Shown piece by piece: positions 49,301-60,905 of a stretch of 64,000 nucleotides of DNA. A program made the translations under genes and the position numbers. The notes beneath the pieces were generated by a model that saw only the letters and a program-made list of their open reading frames with translations, ran no database searches and was not told the DNA's origin. Within the stretch, counting starts at the first letter, position 1; every line of letters starts with the position of its first letter. Origin of the DNA: Hormiphora californensis (lineage: Eukaryota; Animalia; Ctenophora); NCBI GenBank assembly GCA_020137815.1, contig CM035360.1, forward strand, positions 6,944,001 through 7,008,000, given 5' to 3'.

Positions 49301-52300
49301 GTTATAATTCCCCCCAGGTTTCAGTACCAACCAGTTCAGTTACAATGCCCTTCCCCCCCCCCCCCAGGTTTCAGTACCAACCAGTTCAGTTATAATGTCC
49401 CCCCCCAGGTTTCAGTACCAACCAGTTCAGTTACGATAACTCTGTACTTGGTAACAAGGTGACCCTCTACCACGAGACTGATTCCTACAGCCCGGTGGAG
49501 TGCAATGTAGTCACCTACTACACTACCAGCACCCGAATTGTCTGTGACGCTGCGTAAGTTGTGTGTCTGGTGCACTAGAAACCTTTTCTTGTTCTGCACA
49601 GTGGAAAATAAAGGGTCTGGTGCGATATAGATGAAAGAAGTATACATTGTACCTAAATGTATACAGAAGTATACATTGGTTAGGTCTCTAACAGTACACC
49701 TATATTTAACAGGAAGCCCGCCACGTTCTGGGCAAGTGAGCTGCACTACAAGGTGAAGATATCGGTTGATGGTACCTGGATGGAGACCCATTCTACCAGT
49801 ATCTACTGCGGGGGATCCTGTAACTATTATGTAAGTAGTCAGGAACCGACCGAATCAGGAAATACTGGTCCCTGATTGGCTGATAATCAGTCACGTGACC
49901 TAAATAATGAGTTCTGATTGGTTGTTTACTTGTTTCGGTCGGTTCCTGTAAGTACATATATATACCTTCACAGACCTGCCTGACTTCTCTCTCTCACTCT
50001 GAGCACAAGAAAGGGTCAGGGTGTCGCGTGATGCCTGGTCGTGATTTGAAAAGAGAATGTTACGTCCCTGGAGTTTTAGTCCTCGCTTTTATTCCGGTCA
50101 AGGGTGTCATGACATGAAAATAACAATCTCCCTCTCCTGCAGTTCCGATCCGGAGTGACGCCCACCATCAGCTCCATAACTGATTACCACGTTCCTGCCG
50201 GATCTGTTCTATCCATGCGAGGTACACAATTATAAACACACAACCCCCCCCCTCTCTCTCTCTCTCTCTCTCCCTTGGTAGCGCTATAATAGTACCCCAT
50301 CCCTCTCGCTTTTGAGCTCTTGGTTTGCATTATGTTGCCTTATTGTACGGGGTTTAAACTTGAGACCCCTCTCAAGACACACGTGTATCTATTGATTGAG
50401 AGATATATATGCGCCTTGTTATATTACTGGTCTTATATATCATTATGTATCAAGGGGGGGGAGTATTGAGCATGATTCCTGATCTATCTGGGCCATGTAT
50501 ATTACGGGAGACCCACATTACACTATATTTTCCAATAGGAACCCTGTACACTGATAACTTTGAGGCAAGCACAGACCAGGAACAGGATTCTGATTACATT
50601 TCCAGGGTCTACCTCAACTCTCTGACCTGTGACACCTCCGATGATGATGGAAATAGGTAACATAGTCATGATTTGTTCTTCTCACATATACCGCCCCAAA
50701 GTTCATGGACAATTATTCTACTTTGCACCGCTATAAAAGTGGAAACCCTCACCTCCATTATAATTCTCCCCTACCCCTCCAGTTACGGAACTGATCTTGA
50801 CACTGATAGTGATGGTGATGACGAGAATACTGGTACCCTAAAGTGCAAGAGTGAGAGCCCCGGTGCTACCAGCTACCGACCCAGTTTCCTGCACAGCAAG
50901 TGGGGAAGGAGCGAGTTGTCTGCCTCTGCAAGCCGAGTGGACAGTCAGATGCAGCGTTATGGGATCCAGACTTACAATGGTGAGACATGAGGGAGTGTAT
51001 CAACCTATAATTATCAGACCAGTTTGGTTGAACGTTTCAATTTCACCACTAAACAGTAAACCCTAACCTCCCGACACAGAGATCAAGAGTGTATCCCCGA
51101 TGACTGGGAGTGAGGAGGGAGGAACCAAGATCACTCTGACTAGTGAGAATATAGCCGCCGACCAGTCCCTCATTGATATTGATGTTGGAGGTCAGGACTG
51201 TAAACTTGTGTCTTTCTCCAGCACTGAGATGGTCTGTAAGACACCAGAGGCACCCCAAACTATGAAATCATACCCCGGAAACAGGTATATGAAGTTGAGC
51301 GCTTTAGTAACTTGGTCGTCGTGCCTTTTTAGAACTTTATTTTCTCTCCCTCTCTCCCTTTCTCCTTCTCTCCCTCTAATCCCTTCCTCTCTCTCCTTAC
51401 AGGGGTGTGCTCGCCGAATACTGGAAGAAGGATGACGCTGAAAGTGATAACACGGTCATTTCGAAAGATCCTGCCATAGTAAGAAACTTTACTCAGGATA
51501 GTGAGTTGTTCTACACGGAGGAGTGGCACGATGATACCTACCCTCGTGACTTGAAAGCGTAAGTAATATATACCTGACATTGATCCTTGATTTAGTATAA
51601 ATTTGAAGTCTCTATCTTATCAGGGTGTATGATCTGGGACTTTATACACCCCCAAAAATACCAAATCCCTCTATAATTCCCTGCAGTATAACCGGATCTG
51701 ATAGTTCAAAAGCGTACTATGCTCGTATCAAGGCTTTCCTGAACATCCAGGAGACAGATATGTATGGATTCCACTTGGTTACACACCAGGTATGTAGCTG
51801 TGTCATGGTTACCATGGTTACCATGGTTACCAGGTTGTAGCCTTGTTGTAGTTACCAGGTAGTACATGTTCCACTACACATGTTCCACCACATGTGAGGA
51901 GTACACTCCTCACTGAGGACATCTATTTCGTAGTGTTATCGCCTTTTTTGTATCCCCCTTTCTGTATCCCCCTTTCTATCCTATCTTCTCTCAGAAAGCC
52001 AAGCTCTACATGAGTCCCGATGATAACCCGGATAACGCGGAGTTGATCATCACTAAGAGTGGTAACACAGATTGGAATGACGACCAGACCGATGTTAACG
52101 TTACTCTCACCGCTGGCAAGGTATATTTGGGACACAGTCTATCGTGAACAACCACTTATAAGGGGCCATTTATAGTTACAGATTTGTACTATCTAGTTTT
52201 TTAGACCTTTCTTCGCGATGTTCTAAACATCGGAATGAAAGGCCTGGACTGCAAGATCCCATCAACACCTCCTAACATCTCTAGACCTACTACATTGAGT

Positions 52301-55300
52301 TGGTTGCTATCCTCGGTGACTACTCCCACAACTTTGGGTTTGGAATGACAAAGAAGACGACCCCGTACCAGACGTACCAGGTCACCAACAGCAGGAAGGA
52401 TTACCACTATTGGTACTGGAAACAGGACTACTATGATGAGGAACAGGTACGTGATACGATTTGGTACGTGACACCAGGGTGTCGTTATAGAACAGGTACG
52501 TGAGTACAATTGTTGCTCGATCTGTTGAGCTGTTCTGATGGTTTCTTTTTTTCTGCATGAAACTTTGGGTAAGCAAAACATCTCGTTCCGATTTATAACT
52601 GTAGCTCTGCACGTTCCATAATGATTGGTGCAGGTAGGTTTCGTATCAGGCCCCAGGCATGTTACATGTGTTAGGGAAAGAGTAACACACCCCTCATTCT
52701 CCCTGTGTAGACTATTGATCTAAGCACTATGGCTGATAGTACAGGATTCAAGCTACAGCTGGGAGACAGAGAGACGACAACACTTTACCCCTCATCGACA
52801 AAGGAGCAGATCCAGGATGCTATCACCGGTGAGTAATCGATCAGCGGGCTTGTCTTTTTGTCAACTTGAATGAGTAGTCGATGATGGGGAATTAGTATTT
52901 TATGAGGTGATAGGGACTGGTGTCTGGTGCAGGGGAATTACTAATTAGGGTCTGTGGGCACGGTATAGATCGACTGCTAACCCATTTCCTTCGTCCTCTC
53001 TCCCTAGAAACCGCTGTGTACGAGTGTCCAACCCTTGATGCGGCTGATTCCTGGTACTCTGTTGGATTTGAAGACAACAACAACTACCTTACCGGAGGTC
53101 ATCCCAGAAACTGGATGAAACCTTACTGTGGCAGATGGTATGTGGTGTACGCAGTTATAAAAAGCAGAATCGAACCCGGACCTAGCCACTACACCACCCT
53201 GCCGGCAGTTATCCCCCTTATTTTATAAATCCATATAATTGAACTCATTGTCTCATGTCTGAGCCACAATTATTAACTCTGATTATATGCCACAAGATTC
53301 TGTGTACCTAAAGTTCCAGCATTGTTGCAGGGTCGCATAAAATTATTGGCTCTGCAATCCCAGGCTGTATCTCAATTCTAATTAACATTGTTCCAACCTA
53401 GGGTCGCACAAAACACGTGGACACTGTTCTACCGAAACTACAACAAGGGTCTGTACGAGTGGGATCCATCCAAGGGATACAAACACGTGAGTTAGATTGG
53501 GAGACGCAACATGTATGTGTAAGGGAGATTATATGGAATTGATGGTGTATCTCAAGTTCATGGTTACCATGGTTACCTCCTAGCATCTTAATGTCATGGT
53601 TACCTCCTCTCACTAATGGCATCCATTTCCACAGATATGTTTCGCCCTGAAGACCAAGGACCCCGCAGTGAGTCTGTACTACCGGTTACTATACCAAGAC
53701 AGCAGTTATAAGTGGAGAGACAGGGGCATCTGGAGAGGATCTACAACTGTGCCAGAGTATGTGTTGACGCCTAGTTAATGAGCTAATTAGTTGGTTAGTT
53801 AGTTAAAAGATTGGATGATAAATGATAGATGTAACCCATAATATGGTTACCATGGTTACCTCTCCTAAATGTAACCCATAATATGGTTACCATGGTTACC
53901 TCTCTCCTAGGATCCAGGGAAGTGATGGAGAGTGGAAACACGTGTGTATTGATATGGTGGACATGGTGGAGAATAGGGACTATGATTCACAGTGGAAGAG
54001 CAGGATTGGAACTCGAAGGTATATGGTAATATTGATTATGTCAGGGGTGTTTTAAACTCACTCTCTGCATTCTCTATCTCCCTTCCTTTCTTCTTTTTCT
54101 GCAAGTGCCCATGTGGTGGGTTCACATTATAGACAGGAGGGGATCTCTCCCTCTTGATTTGATTTGATGTTTACTAACCCCCCTCCTCTCCCCAGTTGGA
54201 AGGTGGTCCGAGTTCTTCTTGGGGTTGATACTGGTTACGGGTATGGAAGTTACTATACTGATGCTATTGGTATCTACAAAACTGCCGTGACAGGTAATTA
54301 GCAGTCATTAATCAGCGTGCCAAGGGTGTTCATTTGATCCTTGTGAAGTGACGGACTAGCGAAACGTATTCCCACCCAATATGTCCAACCCCTTCTAACC
54401 AACTCCACCCTGTAATACTCTCCCTTCTTACTAACTTCACTCCACCCCTCTACAGAGACTGCCCGGGTGGAGGGATTCCCACTGGACGGATTGGGTCTCC
54501 TGGAGACTGTTACAGTCACTAAAAAGGACCTCTGTGCGAATGGTACTGACTGTACTGGGCAAGCTGCAGCCGTCACTAAGAAGTGGACCATTAAAATGAA
54601 CACACATGAGTGTGCGTATAACTTCCCTCTAATTGCGATTGCAGGGAAGACTGGAACCACTGTGACAGCTAATGTGAGTACAGTGTAACGGTGACTACTG
54701 TATTCAGTACAGTGTAACGGTGACTACTGTATTCAGTACAGTAGTCACGTGATCAGACAGAACTCTATTCCTCTTCATCAAGTCTTTAGATCTTGGTCCT
54801 GTTACTTCTATTTAATCTAAACATCCTTCTTACTGTCCCATATATATCATGTATATTTTATCCAGTCTAGATTTGCTTATTATTACATCTTGAGAGACTC
54901 TATCTTTACCATATATTTCTAGATCCTGTGACAACCCTTCTAACTGTTCCATATGTTTCAGACCAAAGTCACGTATCCAGTTAGCGGTAAAACTGTAACA
55001 GTTGAACGAGTAACAGCCATTACACCCGACCTGCAAGGTATATTTTATACACCCTCTCATACCATCGTACCCTCAGATATAGATGTGACCTTCCAAGACA
55101 TGTCAATCAGCTAAGGTTTATCATTCAGAATTCGAGAAAATTCTAAACCATTATCATGTCTGAATACATAACTGGCAACCAGGAACCGACCGAATCAGGA
55201 AATACTGGTCCCTGATTGGCTGATAACCAGTCACATGACCTAAATAACGAGTTCTGATTGGTTGTTTATTTATTTCGGTCGGTTCCTACTGGCAACTATC

Positions 55301-58300
55301 ATGGGGAGTAAGTATGATTATGGGGGGGGGGGGCCAAGGCCAAAAAAAGCCAAACCCGCCCTGAAATCCGGGTCTGATCTGGCTTTTTTTGATCTGGCTT
55401 TTTTTGGCTTTTTTGATCTGGCTTTTTTTTGGCTTTTTTTGATCTGGCTTTTTTTGATCTGGCTTTTTTTGGCCTTTTTTGGCTTTTTTTGGCTTTTTTT
55501 GATCTGGCTTTTTTTGGATCTGGCTTTTTTTGGCCTTTTTTGATCTGGCTTTTTTTGATTTGGCAGTTTTGATCTGGCTTTTTTTGGCTTTTTTGATCTG
55601 GCTTTTTTTGATCTGGCTTTTTTTGGCTTTTTTTGATCTGGCTTTTTTTGATCTGGCTTTTTTTGGCTTTTTTTGATCTGGCTTTTTTTAAATAAAACTT
55701 TTTTCGGTAGAAAAATTATTTCACTATCGATGTAAAATGATAAAACTAGATCAAAGAAGCCATTTTAAAGTGTTTTTAGTGTCATACAGACCATATAATG
55801 TCAGAATTACATGCCAAAATGACCAAAAAAGTAGGGCCAAAAAAAGCCAAAAAAAGCCAAACCCGCCCTAAAATCCGGGATTGATCTGGCTTTTTTTGGC
55901 CTTGGCCCCCCCCCCCCCCCATTATATAACATATCTCCATTCTAGGAACATTTGATTTGACCCTCCCGGGACAAAAGACCCTGACCAATATTGATGTGCA
56001 CATCAGCTCTTCTGAATTTCTGGAAATGATCCGACAAGTCGGGGAGTTCTCTCAGGCCCACAAATGGGGCAGTTGTTACGGTGAGATATATATGGTGTTT
56101 GTTTTGAGTTAGAGTTTTCATTATTTGAGAGTGATTATTATATCAGGAAGCCACTCTTCTAGTTCCAACTCTCAAATACTATCACACCTCTCTGTTGGTC
56201 TACCTATCCCTGACACCCCTCCCCGTCATTCAGAGCGACACTGGAGGCTGGAGAGGAAGTATTCAGGACATTTCGGGTGGCATACAGTTGATAGTACCAA
56301 CGTTGTTGGAGTGGGTGATGTTAGGACTTATACCATTTTCAGGTAAGGATCAATTGTACTTTTTAGAAACTTCCTCCCACAATCTCTCTTTTCGTATTCC
56401 AGTAATTAGTGGAAACAAATAAACTTTTACATTATATTGGTACCTGCCTGCTCTAAAGTATCTTCTCCTAATCCCACTCCATCCCTTGCTAGAGATGACG
56501 AGAGGGGTGGTCTCGTAATGACCCCACTATAACACAATCTCCCTCCCTTGCTAGAGATGACGAGAGGGGAGGTCTGGTAATGACCCCACTCCGCGGAGAC
56601 TGGATCCGAACGGCCCAAGACACACCCCAGGTCACAGTCAAGATTAACGGCATCCAGGGGTGGTGTAATGGGACCTGTAGTTTCGACTACAACGAGGCTG
56701 CCACACCTAACATCACTGAGGTTGACCCAACATCAGGTATGCAGAGCTGTGTGGATCACACCGCTGTGTGGCTCACACCGCTGTGTGGCTCACACCGCAT
56801 TTTGTGCGCTCCGTGAGGGTTCGGTAGATCAGGTATGTATAGAGCTGTTCGTTGAAATTAGGTTAAATTTTGGGAAATATATAGTGTGTTTCTCTGACCT
56901 AACTTTTCTTGTGTCTTCCAGGAACTGACGGTGACTCTATCACAATTACCGGTACCAAGTTCGGTACCTCTACCTCCGATGTCTCTGTCACCCTTAACGG
57001 TGTATCCCAGACTGTCAGCTCTGTATCCGATACCAGTATTGTTATTCAACTGACCGATAATACTGCCATGGAACATGATGATCTGGTCGTTAATATAGCT
57101 GGTAAGTGCAGTTGGTTGCTAGGGTACCAGGTTAGGATTCGGTTGCCAAGAACGAGGCAGTATTTGGCTGCCATATGAAATAGCCAATTGTAATATGGGA
57201 TTTAATATTATACTTCAACACTCTCTTTCTCAGGAAAGGGAAATGCCGATAACTCTGATGGTCTTAGTATCACCTATGTGGGTGAGGTTGAGGATGTAAC
57301 ACCCCTAACTGGCAGCATCGGTGGAGGTAACTTTCATATTGCTATTCATTTCACAGAAGATTTTTTTTCTCTTTTTTTTTCTTTATTTCACAGAAGATCA
57401 AGTATTGTGGAGATAAGACACTGTTACTCCACGTCCCAATACCATCACGATAGTTCATCTAGTGGGCCCCCACCTAGTTATATTCCAGCTCTGCACCTAT
57501 AATCTCTCTCTCCCTCTCCAGGTACACTGGTAACAATAACCGGTACCGGTTTCGACACCACCTCAAACTGTGGGGTGTCATTTGATGGGACACCCGGTAC
57601 TATTGTCAGCGCATCTTTCGATGAGATCACGGTGTATACCCCCGCTCACGGAACAGCAGAGACGGTTGCCATAGCGATCACTGGGGGATCAGGATTCAAT
57701 GCACCCTCGGTCTCAGATCAGTTTGAGTATAATGATAGCGGTGTCAGTAAGATCAATGGAATCAGTCCTACCAAGGGATCCGTCTGTAAGTACTGCAGCA
57801 GGGGAGACTAGGACTGCCAGCTTCATTTTAGGGGGTGGGTAGTGGGTACGTCTAGGGTGCAGGGTATGGGTATTTGGTGTAAATATACTAATACTGAGTT
57901 TACTATGTAACCCTCCCCCTCTATGTAACCCCCACCCTCTAAACCCCCTCAAGTGGGAGGTACATGACAATGCAACCCCCTCTAAACCTCTAACCACCCT
58001 TCATTACAGTGGGAGGTACAACTGTCACCCTCACTGGAGAGAACATGGACCAGGGAAGTGGTGATAACGCTGTTACCATCGGAGGTGTCACATGTACCAA
58101 GGTATTGTAACATGTAGTGTTACATGTGTAATGTTTACATCACACATATTGTGTACTTTTGGTTTTTGGGACTTTTTGTGACTTTAGACTTTAGATTCAT
58201 TTCTTATTCTCACAAACTGAGTTTTGATCCCGCTTTAAATAATAGTCTGGTATCATGTGGGCGTGAACGGTGAAACATGCCAACTCGGCAACTCTGTTTT

Positions 58301-60508
58301 GTTTAAAACAGGGGTCTATAGAGCTCCTCTTCATTGTTAGTCCCCTCCTTGTCTGTGTTAATTGTGAACCTCGTACGATACGTGCGTCACACAGCACTAC
58401 CACCAATGATGCTTGTTCTGCACACGTCCCCCGCCCACTAACGATGATATATTTTAACATAGCTATAGAAATTGTACAGATCTAAAAGGAAAGTTTTATC
58501 ACAATTCACTTTCAATCTGGAAAGTTTAAAGAATTAATATCAATCTGCAGAATCTAATGCATCTTTTCTGCAGATCTCAGCAACTACAACGGAATATCAA
58601 TGTACTACAGGGCCCAGCTACCCGGGCACTGGTCGGGCAGTCATGATGAACACAACAAGCAAGGGATATGCAACCTCATCTGTATCATACGAATACGAAC
58701 TTGAGGTTAGTGAAACACAAGGATTGTTCCTATACCAAACGTTTTATCCCAAAATAAAACCCTAAAGGAAAGTTTCTATTCTAAATCTAAAATTCAAATC
58801 CCATAGTTCAGTAACGTGAAACCCACCTCTGGCTCTGTACGGGGTGGCACCAAGGTGAGAGTTCAGGGCAGCGGATTTGGTACAAATGCGACCGATCTGG
58901 AGGTTTACATTGGACAGTACGCCTGTAAGGTCACCTCAGCAACTGATACTGAGCTGGAGTGTGAGACACCCGCTTATGAACATGCCAACATCCTCAATTC
59001 AGAACATGGTATGTGAAGTGTGACTCTGTATCCCAATTCTTGGTTATCTGATCCTATATACCAATCATTTTAGTGAACAATAATAGATAGTCAACACCTT
59101 AACCCCCTCCCTATTACTTACCATTCTCGATGTTAATTTCCTAAATCTAACTCTTTCCCTCCCCCTACAGAGGACACAGTGGCCTGTGTGGAATCAGTGA
59201 CAGCACTGCAACAAGCAGCCAGAGACACCCACAACGAGTACAGGTCCCTTCACGCCAGCACCCCGGATATCTGCTACAGTGGGGAGGTAGAGAAGACAGC
59301 GAGTAGCTGGGCTAAATATCTGGCCAAGAACGGAGTTTTCAAGGGCAGTAGTACGAGGTGAGATATTCAATACAGCTGATAAATCGGCAACAATCTCACC
59401 TCACAATTCCCGTGCTCTCTCCACTAGTTAAAGTAACAATCTTACCTCAAAGTTCCCGTGCTCTCTCCACTAGTTAAAGTAACAGTCTCACAACTATTCC
59501 CGTGCTCTCTCCACTAGTTAAAGTAACAATATCACCTCACAGTTCCCGTGCTCTCTCCACTAGTTAAAGTAACAATCTCACCTCACAGTTCCCGTGCTCT
59601 CTCCACTAGTTAAAGTAACAATCTCACCTCACAGTTCCCGTGCTCTCTCCACTAGTTAAAGTAACAATCTCACCTCACAATTCCCGTGCTCTCTCTACTA
59701 GTTAAAGTAACAATCTCACCTCACAGTTCCCGTACTCTCTCCACTAGTTAACAATCTCACCCCTCAGTTACCGAGAGTCCCGGGGTGAGAATCTGATGAT
59801 GTTCGAAGATGCGGATCTGAAGAGCGATGAGGCTTATATTCGTGATGCAATTGATATCTGGTACAATCAGGGGGCCGGGTACAGTGAGGAAGACCCTTCA
59901 ACCGCTACTGGATACACCCAGGTATAGATTGGAATGTCAGACGTGTGTGTTTGTTTCACTAGCCCAGCATCTTCCTTCACCATCTTGCATCTTTAAAGTT
60001 TCCTAGTTCATATCAAATAGTAAATTCATCCCTGATCCATGTCACACATCCTCGGTCCCTCCCCCCTCTCCTCCTTTATCACCCCTACCTCCCTCTCTCT
60101 CTCCAGGTGATCTGGAAGCTGTCTACAGAGGTGGGTTGTGCAGTTGAGAACTCCCAGACCAGCTACCTCAGCACTCACAAAGTATACGTGGTCTGTCACT
60201 ACGCACCCACAGGGAATGTACAGGGAAAATTCGGACAGCTCGTGAAGGACAGGGGTATGTTGAATAGAGATGTATTTACATGAATCATAGGTTGAACCAG
60301 AGAGGAATAGTACGGGATAGTACAAAACCTTTTATTTATGATCATGAAACTAAGAAAACTACCAACTCTATCATGTCCCTAATATATTTCGCTATTTCAG
60401 TTACCAACTACCGAGAAGAGGTGTCTGCCCTGAGCTCAGTTAGTCAGGCTGTATCTGTGTATCTGAAGGGTTACAAAGCACTCTACGTTAGTGCTAGTGA
60501 ATCTTTCA
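40336..60508 (+). CDS. PKHD1L1: Fibrocystin-L-like (PKHD1L1) protein, 5' portion: signal peptide, IPT/TIG repeats, PA14-like region, inserted CAP domain; continues beyond the window
   Basis: Exon 1 (40336-40387) MGPASWVFIILLGTALS. Exon 2 (41150-41230) DKVFKVDSISPGQGSRQGGTRITISGQG. Exon 3 (49409-49553) GFSTNQFSYDNSVLGNKV...CNV...STRIVC. Later exons give YPMTGSEEGGTKITL, YPGNRG, RIKAFL, RGGLVMTPLRGDWIRT..PQVTVKINGI...CSFDY and several SPxxGSxxGGT TIG starts. Order matches remembered PKHD1L1. Confidence 0.88.
41411..47346. mobile_element. 5.9-kb foldback-type element: ~580-bp unique TIRs plus inverted 32-bp minisatellite arrays, 5-bp TSD CTAAT
   Basis: CTAAT|CAGGGTGTGAACTGCATGTCG...CGACATGCAGTTCACACCCTG|CTAAT. 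Region 41411-~41990 is the reverse complement of ~46790-47346. No transposase ORF. Confidence 0.9.
41985..46800. repeat. 32-bp minisatellite ACTCCATCTCTCAGCTTCCCTACCTCCCATTT in alternating orientation blocks (+,-,+,-)
   Basis: C-rich blocks at ~41985-43408 and 44201-45035; G-rich blocks at ~43428-44200 and 45055-46800. The spacer CTCATTTATCCTAACATTCCTACCCCTG occurs twice, 1628 bp apart. Confidence 0.97.
47759..48848 (-). CDS. Nested antisense gene: small secreted calcium-binding EGF-repeat protein, 152 aa, 4 exons
   Basis: Exons 48848-48820, 48653-48505, 48298-48179 and 47919-47759 (459 nt, GT-AG, phases match). Protein: MFKTLLVIALLPVAYS signal peptide, CDCGTGFWYDGLSCVDINECQLYKPCQEGFCVNYVGTYDCICDDGFQYDGNTCLDIDEC...CFNLVGTYWCNC...NNDL*. 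Confidence 0.88.
49840..49948. mobile_element. 109-bp hAT-like MITE, copy 1
   Basis: TIR CAGGAACCGACCGAA...TTCGGTCGGTTCCTG; degenerate 8-bp TSD TAAGTAGT/TAAGTACA; inserted 9 nt into an intron. Confidence 0.8.
55180..55288. mobile_element. 109-bp hAT-like MITE, copy 2 (a partial inverted third copy lies at ~47682-47740)
   Basis: Same TIRs as copy 1; perfect 8-bp TSD CTGGCAAC on both sides. Confidence 0.88.
55322..55920. mobile_element. Non-autonomous TIR element with poly-G/poly-C termini and an internal (GATCTGGCTTTTTTT)n array
   Basis: ATTAT|G12CCAAGGCCAAAAAAAGCCA...TGGCTTTTTTTGGCCTTGGC15|ATTAT; TSD is AT or ATTAT. Confidence 0.75.
59389..59775 (+). repeat. 46-bp tandem array (~8 copies) ending at a 3' splice site
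   Basis: Unit AACAATCTCACCTCACAGTTCCCGTGCTCTCTCCACTAGTTAAAGT; the final variant AACAATCTCACCCCTCAG|TTACCG is the real acceptor (59767). Confidence 0.9.
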
Positions 60509-60905
60509 GTAAGTTGAAATTAGACACTAGACAGTCAGACAGGCATACAAACATCACAGACATAATAATAATAATAATAATAATATTCCGCGCTTATATA
60601 CCGCCCATACCCGACAGAGACATGTCAAAATATTGACGATGTTCCGCCGAATCATCAGAGCGGTATATCCTCGACTACTTATATGACACACTCGAACAGC
60701 TCTGGTTGAAAAACAATATATAGACGACTAAATAAACTTGACTTATAAAACTGAGGGAATAACTGGTCCCATAATCCTGTAGATATAAATTAAAACACAC
60801 TATACTCACACCTGCTCGAAAAAAGGATACTAGGTAATGAATTAATAACATGGCTAGAGAGAGGATGACACTGATTGCCCGCAGGCCCCACAACTACAAC
60901 AAACA

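Noticed and set aside
55262-55543. Phe/Trp-rich membrane-like ORF
   Set aside because: Translation of the GATCTGGCTTTTTTT array.
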